Source: Pecten maximus (taxonomy: Eukaryota). From it: a stretch of DNA of 64,000 nucleotides. The stretch covers positions 38,874,001-38,938,000 of the forward strand of contig NC_047025.1 of assembly GCF_902652985.1 (NCBI RefSeq), written 5' to 3'. The notes beneath the pieces are model-generated. The model saw only the letters and a list, made by a program, of their open reading frames with translations, was not told where the DNA came from and did not search any database. Position numbers and translations under genes: made by a program. This document shows positions 52,601 through 61,600 of this stretch, in pieces; the first letter of the stretch is position 1; every line of letters starts with the position of its first letter.

Positions 52601-55600
52601 GGTTAATAAAAACATTACATTGGATTTCGTGTTGTTTTATCAGTGACTGCCAGTGTCAAGTTCGTATAAATTTATACCACAGGAAACGACCTAAATAAAC
52701 TCGGTTTCTTCTCCGATCTCTGTGCTTTGGTAATTGGAAATAATATGGAATATTTTAAACTTCAAAGCGAACATAAGAATGTCTCTATGATAAACATAAA
52801 TGATTTTAGATGTAATTGTCGGCGAGTCCTTAGATCGTATGTCAAATTAGGAACACACGGATGAAACAGGGATGTATGACCCCCCGATTTGAGGTGCTAC
52901 GATTGTACTGTGCCGCGAATAAGAAAATCATTAAGGTTTTGTTATTTTAATACACACATTTTTATACAATTAGTAATAGTAATCTGACAATTTGACATCA
53001 GTAAAAGCACAAACAAAAACACCGTTTATTAACAATAATAACGCAAATATTTTCATCCAAAATCGACCCAAGTCTGACTACCATTACGGACCAAATCCAA
53101 GATGGCGACGTGCATTTCGGCTTATCGGGTAAGTCGGTTAATCGGGTAAAAAGTCCCCGCAAATAGGCAACCCGATTAAGCGGAATGCACTGTAATTCAT
53201 AAATATAGACACTCTTTAATTAGAGGAATTAGAGGGGTTTTTTTTAGTACAGAAATACGAATATATTTATCTTATGGGAAATAATAATTAGACCAGGAGT
53301 CAATTACACTGAATAAAGCCCATCATTACAGTGTAATAATTAACATTTCTCTCAGGTTTACATATATAGACAGCTTCCTGAAATTTCCCAATATTCATAT
53401 AAAGTTAGTAAATAAGGGCATCAACAACATCTCCTGATGCCGGGACAACTGTCTAATCCAGTGTAAATATTACCATAGTATTCTAGGGTGGTTAATTGAT
53501 CAATGAGAAGAAAAATAAATCTGACAAAATACCTGAAATTAAATTATTAACAATAGCTGTCATCTCAATCAATTATAGAATAACATTAAGATATGTTGGA
53601 TTAAGTCTCTAAAAAAAAAAGTTGTGACAAATTTATAAAGATTAAAATTTTTAACTTCATAAAAAATTGAAATTCTACATGAAGTAAAATAACAATGAAA
53701 TAACTTTAAATTGTCAGTAATGCTTGAGTGATAAAAACCATGCAAAATGCAAGTCAAAAAAACGATTTTAAAGAATCAAAATTATATACATGACAATGAT
53801 TTAAAAAAAAAAAAAAAATTTGTGGGGAAAAAAAAAAAGAAAAAAAAAAAGGTGATCAAGAAATGTTTTCCTTTACAATAATACTCCACATACTTCAGGT
53901 TACAATTAAATAACTCTTAGAATGTTTCAAATTTATATTATTTGGTCTCGTTTAATTCAAAAGAACAATAAACATCATACATACATCAGATTTAGAATCA
54001 TCCGCTTGTTTCTTCATCGCTGCAAGTTCCTCCTCAACCACTTTGTTCCTTGCCTCCAGTCTGTGAAACTGTGGAGGAAAACACAGGGCTGGTCAAGAAC
54101 AATGTTTCACACACGTATTACATCGAAAACGGGTAACAAAAGAATTATTCCATAATACAAAGCATATTTACAGAGCCTAAGTAGTCAACAAGACTAAGTG
54201 GAGCTCTAGGTATGACAAATATTGTATAGTCTTCCATTCTGGAGGTACTAGACTTTTTATTTCCTCTCATTTTGATTTTAATTCTTATACAAATTAAAGC
54301 ACTAGTCCCAGGTATGAATGCTGAGATGTCTGACAGTTATGATGACATATATCTGGATAGAGATAATTTCATAATCTAAGAAATGTTTTTAAAATCAGCT
54401 TCTGTACATCTTTAATGGCAAATAGCACCAACATCTTTACAGGACAAATAACAACATATACACACGGGCAATGAAGCAAATACTCTACCTAGTTATAGGG
54501 TGAGGGTATTAGTGGAAGATGAGGGTTAGGGTATGAAATGAGGATGATGGTGGGGGTATGAGTTGAGGATGATGGTGGGATTGCAGGGTGAATATGTGGA
54601 TAGATCTAGAGGAGGAAGGTGGAAGGTGGGATGGTTGGATGAGGGTAGGATTGCAAGGTAAGGGTGTGAATGGGAGAGGAGGGTGGGGTTGAGATTTGAG
54701 TAGAGGATAATGTTAGGGTAGGGGATTGGAGTGTGAATGGATGGGGGTGGGGTGAAGGTGGTGAAAGAGGATGAGGGTTGGGGATGGGGATGAGTGCCTG
54801 GCTGGCGGTTGGGTGAAGGTGGTGAATGAGGATGAGGGTTGGGGATGGGGATGAGTATTTTTCAACAAAGACAGTTTACTCCATATAAATATACACAATC
54901 CCACATGCAACAGTGCAGGTCAAAGTAAATCACAATATTTAAAGCAAAAGTGACACTGGAGAAATCACAGATTCAATGTGTCAGGTAGACACAATAACCA
55001 CAATTAAAGTGATAGGGAGCAAAGAATTTATTAAACTAGAAAATATCCGTGAAACATAAATGCCCCACTGCCACTTGACATCCAGAAACACAGACTGGTG
55101 AGTCGAAACAAAGATCATTGAGAAGAAAATTTAGAATGCTTAGACTCACATAAAAAAAACTAAACCTAGACAAATGTATACGTATTGCATTCTGTATTTA
55201 CAGTATCTACCGCATTGTAACACATGGAATAAATGACTAGCAGCAGAAATCCCCCCCCCCCCCCCCCCCCCCCCCCCAACACACACAAATATGCACAGCA
55301 AGGATATTGGTAAAAGTAAGGAAAGAACTTGTAAGTAAGTGAGTTGTATTAGAAGCGTGTCACACGTTGCCAAGGTTACCTCGTCATTGGTGCGCTTGTT
55401 CTTGTCTTCAATCTGGATCAAATTGTTAGTCTGCTTGTCCAACTAAAACACGAGGCAAACACAAAACTCCAGTTACACAGTCACACACACTAGAGCTAGC
55501 AGCCTTCTCACAGTGGAGAAGTATTAAGTGTAGCACCTACTCTCTTACAGGACAGGTATTTAACACCAATAGTAGATCAAAGGGAGATAATTTTACACAT

Positions 55601-58600
55601 GACTCTTTAATGTATGTCTACATATTTTGATTGATACAGTTCGACAATATCTAGCTATATAACAGTATTTGGTTCCACTGGCAAATTAAGGCTGAGCTGT
55701 TAGTTATGTAAATATAGCTCAAATAAAAACATCTGCTTCCCTTCTGATATGCAAGTCACAAAAACAGTAATAATTGTTCAAACTACACAAATCTGACTGA
55801 CACAAGGTTACATATATTTATAGACATAGCAGAGCGAAGAGCAGGGGTTAAGTTTGCTATACCTCACTGACAGCTGCATCACGTTTCTCTTGTAGAGTGA
55901 GGACATCCCTGCGAAGTTTCTGGATCGTCTCATCACGACGGGCCAGCTCTGACTTGAGGACCTCATGGTGATCCTTGGTGGACACCTGACTGTCCCTCAG
56001 CCTCTCCTGGAGGACTCCAATCTACACATAAAATTGTACATAAAATTTGGAAAGTGAAATACTATTGGGAAACATATATTAAAATGAATGTGGTGACACA
56101 TTTGATAATCAATACATTTGAGAATTGCTAGAAATCTGTGATGTTCAGTTTTGCAGAAGTCACATACCTCATCAGTATTGGTCAGAAAGATTACTATTTT
56201 CTAACCCAAGTATTTACTGACTTACATATTACATATGCTGTCTTTAAGTTCATAGTCAGAACAAGTTTGCTGTAGGATAATTAAGAAATCACATTTCATC
56301 ACATTAACTGAAGTATTTCCCCCCAACAATACTAATGACTGAGTAGGATGAGAACTGTAGAGGACTATATAAGATACACTTATATCTCATGTATCCTCCT
56401 CTTATGCATCCATTCTATCTCACCTCATCCATAGATTTCTTTCTCTGATCTCGCAGCTCCTGTAAGTCGAGGTCCTGGTTCCTAAGTTTCCGTTCATAAT
56501 GCCCAATCTAAAGGGAAGAAAACAAGAGTAATTCTATGTAACTTGGCCTTATAAAGGTACACAAAATGTAGGACATTAAAGGTCAAGGTCATTACTGTGG
56601 ATACTCATTAGTATATTGTAATTTATATCACTATATAACATTTCTTCTGTTTCTCCTTGTCATCAGTCCTCACTTGACCCTAGCTGTGACCCTGGCTACT
56701 GGTGTCTCCTCTGTGTGTCAGTTAGACACAATAACCACAACTGACCTTGGCTGATGTCTGTACATGTGTGACACTTGTCTTCATACAATCCTTGTTTTAA
56801 GGATTTTAAATGCTACACTACACAGTATAGTGGATGCCATTAATATTAAGTCGATGTATGCCACAGTTTGGTTTTTTACACTTTATAAATTGTATAAATG
56901 TATTAAGATTATAAGCAAGATACAGAGATTTTATTTGGTTTACAGTGTTATGAATGCCATGGATACAGACCTATGTTGTATGTAATATATAATGATGTGC
57001 TAATTACAATTCCATCCGTATTATGGACATGTATTGTTTGTTTGAATTTGTGTGTAAATTTCTTAGTTTTTCTTTCAAATAAAAATATAAGATGAACCTT
57101 ATCAACAATTAGTATATTAATTATAAAAAGTGAAATAAATATCTATAACTAATAAAATCAGGTAGGTACATTAAATTTTGTAGTCTTAAATCAGTTGACA
57201 GCAAGGGAAAACACTTTGATAAAATGATGTCATATGTTATACCCAAAACAAGGACTTATCCTGGTGCATTAGATCACGTGGCTCCATGATGTAATACTGC
57301 TGGTGTATATGTCACCCTACCAATGAGGCCTTTTGAAAGTCACTCCAAGGTCTGGTTAAATTCTCAAGGTCACTCCAAGGTCTGATTAAGGTCTCAAAGT
57401 CACATTGTCAGGTCAACTTCATAGACTTCACCAGACATGGAATTCTATTGTTCCTGACACTGATCAATGTGTTGTTATTTGATAATTACAGACAAACAAG
57501 ACTTCTAGATTTCCTATATCTATCATCCCATGGTGAAGTATCCAGAGGTATGAGACTGCATTGTATCACTTATATCAGTTTTGTATTTAGCAAACACATA
57601 CACAACAGTGGAATAATTGGTACAGAAAAACACAATTATATTACATAAAGCTCGTCAAGATTAGAAACATCCTTATCTCCCTTGAAACTTCAAGTTTAGT
57701 AACAAAATCTGTAACCTAAATCCATGGAGAATCTTAGTTAGTTATTAATCCAATACTCCGATACAGTTCCTGATAGAGGATACATCCAACACTTGTACAA
57801 GGTCCTGTTGGGTATCCCCTCACTCAGTGTGTATATATTATAAGTTTACAGAGAGGTCAATATCGGAGACACCATACCTTGGTGCACTTATAATTTAACT
57901 TGACAAACACAAGCACCTGTTAGTAAAACATAACACAAGTGTTCGGGTGTGAGCGGTTGACAGGTCTGAACAGGGACAGCAATAATCAATACTGGCTGTA
58001 CCTGTTTCCCAGGTATAATGTCCAGCATCAAGTGACACCATAAACCAGTGACAGTCATTGATCACAGATTGTTAATTATGTAGAGCTGCTGTTTGGTGTC
58101 ATTTTATTCCATTACACATTCAGTGTTTTGAATATCAATTACACCATTTCATTCTCATTTCTGAATAGAACTTCTGTAAATTTTTGACATCCACTGAACA
58201 GCAGTATATAACCTTTAATGAGCTACGGTATATATTTTCCATGTCCACTGAGCTACAGTATATGAACTGCTGTATATTTTCCACATCCACTCATGAGCTA
58301 CTGTATTTTCCATGTCCACTGAGCTACAGTATATTTTCCACATCCACTGAGCTACTGTATATTATCCATGTCCACTGAGCTATCGTATATGAAGTGCTGT
58401 ATTAATTCCATGTCCACTGAGCTACTGTATATTATCCATGTCCACTGAGCTATCGTATATTAAGTGCTGTATTAATTCCACGTCCACTGAGCTACCGTAT
58501 ATGAAGGGCTGTATAAATTCCACGTCCACTGAGCTACCGTATATTTTCCACATTCACTGTCCAATGAGCTACAGTATATTTTTCACGTCCACTGAGCTAC

Positions 58601-61600
58601 TGTATATTTTTCACGTCCACTGAGCTACTGTATATGAAGGGGCTGTATTAATTCCACATCCACTGAGCAACCATATATTTTCCACACACAATATTCCTGG
58701 AGCAACCACATCCACTGAGCTACTGAATCTATTCCATATTCCCTGAGCTACAATATCTTTCCCAAGTCAGCTGAGCTAACCGTGTTCCATATAGACTGGG
58801 CTTCTGTACGTTTGCCCACAGACCACATATTGCTATATGTACTTAGCTATATCATATTCTCTATATCCACAGAACTACTGCATGTTTCCGATTCCACAGC
58901 AGTCGTAATATCACAAGGTCTACAATGTTTCCATATAATAACTGTCCTTTTTTGTTTCTGTCGAACACTCCAGTGCTGATATCAGACTTGGATAAAGTAA
59001 TTTACAGGTGTTTGTAAGGTACTTGTGATCAGTGTTATGTCAGAATCAGAGAAGGATTATCATAATGTTGAATAACAGCATTTAAAACTCAATATACAAA
59101 GGAGTATCTGGATTAATTTAACTGTTCACAAAGTACAGGTTGGCCATGGTTTTTAAATGGTATCTGATTACAAACAACAAAGTTAAACAGGTTTTATCTC
59201 CAGAAATGAGAGGTCCTCTTTACTTCCCGAACATAACTTTTCATAAATTTCAAATTGTATTTTGTACTGACATTGTGTACACCATTCAGGGTATGAAAAG
59301 CTCCATTTATCATGTATCATGCTACCACTAAACTCTGAAATATACACATTTCAAAATTGTACTTTGACACAGTTTAATACTAAAGATCAAATAGAGCAGT
59401 TGATTTTCACCAGGTATTTATCAAAATATTATCTTACAAATGAAAGGATTAACAATGTCTGATAACATAATTTAGAGAACATAATTTTGATGGATGACCA
59501 AACTTTAGATAAGTGTTACACAGAGGTATATGTTTTAGGCTGTCAGTTACTGTTAACAGGTAGCAGAGCAATTTCAAACCAGTATAGTCTGAGAACAACT
59601 TAATAAATACTAAAATTAAAGCAAATACTTGAATTCAGCATCTAAAAAAACATGGATACAAGAATTTGAAATAGGATATTGTTGTGATGTTGTTTGCAAT
59701 GCAGAGCGAACAAGAATCCATGACCTTGAAATGTTATATACAGAGATGGTGAGTATTCATGACCTTGAGATGTTGTATACAGAGATGGTGAGTATTCATG
59801 ATCTTGAGTTGTTGCATGTACAGCTAAAGAGTATTCATGACCTTGGAATGTTGTATACAGAGATGATGAGTATGCATGACCTTGAGATGTTGTATACAGA
59901 GCTGTTGAGTATATACAGAGCTGTTGAGTATTCATGATCTTGGGAACGTTAATTTTGCCATGAGGTATGCAGAGTTTATGAATACTTATGACTTTGGATG
60001 ACCCTTCCGAGTGAGAGCTTATGACCTTGTACAAAAGAGACATTTATTACACTTACATCTTTGGAGGATTTGGAGGCATAGTCCTTGGCATGTGTTACCT
60101 CCAGTTTGAGTTGTCGGATAGCTTCATCTGCCTTGGCAGTCTGTAAATACAAATTATGTTAATATCTCTTAATTAACCCTCCAACCTCAAATACCCTTCA
60201 AACTTCATTTTAAATACATGTTAAGAAAGACATCTATATCAGACTTATAATTAAGAAATCTAATTTGAAATGCCTCTCCATCTGCATTACTAACTTTGAT
60301 GGTGTAATCATAAAGTTTTCATTACATGTAATACAACAATTTGTTGACTTCCTTTGTACACTAATTCTGTCATAATATCTACTAAGTAGTTGATGCCATT
60401 GCTATTTTTCATCGGGAAGACAGTTTAAACCATTACCATTATATAAATGTCAGGTCAACTACAAACATCAAATCTAGTTTTCTCTGAGCAAAAGCTTGAA
60501 GCAACACAAAACTCAACTATTTGTCTAATGTTTATTTGATATGTATGTGTACTTTAAAATGTTGATGAAATTTATCAGCATATTATATAGTTTTTTACCC
60601 AATCAACAGAAAACTAATTGTTTGTCCCTTTCTTAATTAATCTAGTTAGTCAGGCCCATTGTAACCTATACAGCCTAGGTCGGCTAATGAAAAACTGAAA
60701 GAGCTGTTTTAAGCTTTGTCGATAAGTTATTTTGTGGAGTCGGTGAGGCGTATAGCGGCTATACACATCTAATTATTAGCCTGGCATTCCTCTGGGGTGA
60801 CACAATGGAACACAACAGCCAATACAACCATTATGTGGGGTTTAAAGGTCGCGATGAAGATATACATGCATATATGCATACCAAGGGAATTCTGCGTGTC
60901 TAGTAGGCAGGTTTGGACAAGAAATCCACTACTAATATATATATATTATGGCTTTAGTTCTATGCTAATGTATATACATATTTATTTTGAATTTATAAAC
61001 AACTGACAGGTCTCTTGAATGTATCAATGTCATATGCAGATTTTCTTCAAATGACACCAAATATTTGTTAAAGGTCTTTTTAATATAATGATATTCCTTC
61101 TATAAATGATCAATAAAACTTCAAAATTTGAGGTGTGTAAAAAGGAATTTAACAAGTAAATTGATAACATCCCAGATGTAAAACCATGACACAATGATGA
61201 GTTTACTGAATGTTTATGTTTGTTGAACTGATGCATGCTGCCGCATGAATTTGTGGGATACATTTTTAGATGAACATTTAGAATAAGGTGATGCTGGGGT
61301 ACCAAGATAGGCCCAATGTAAAGTGTGTCATATGTTAACATCAGCAAAATACTCCAGAATTATCAGGATAAGATCACTAAATATACATACAGTTTAAAGG
61401 GTGTCATGCAACATAACCAAAACACTGGTAAACATTCACCAGCATGCAAGAAAAAAAGACACAACAGAAAAATTCAGTACATTATGGACGTATCCGACAC
61501 TTGACCAGTAATTGTTTGACGTATATTACAATCTGTCCGAGGATGGAAGGACAGGATATAGTCGCTAGTTACCTCCCCTACAGTAGAGGACGACAATAAA

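Noticed and set aside
55251-55277. Poly-C run giving a poly-Gly ORF
   Set aside because: Simple intronic homopolymer; the ORF is read-through of exon w5.
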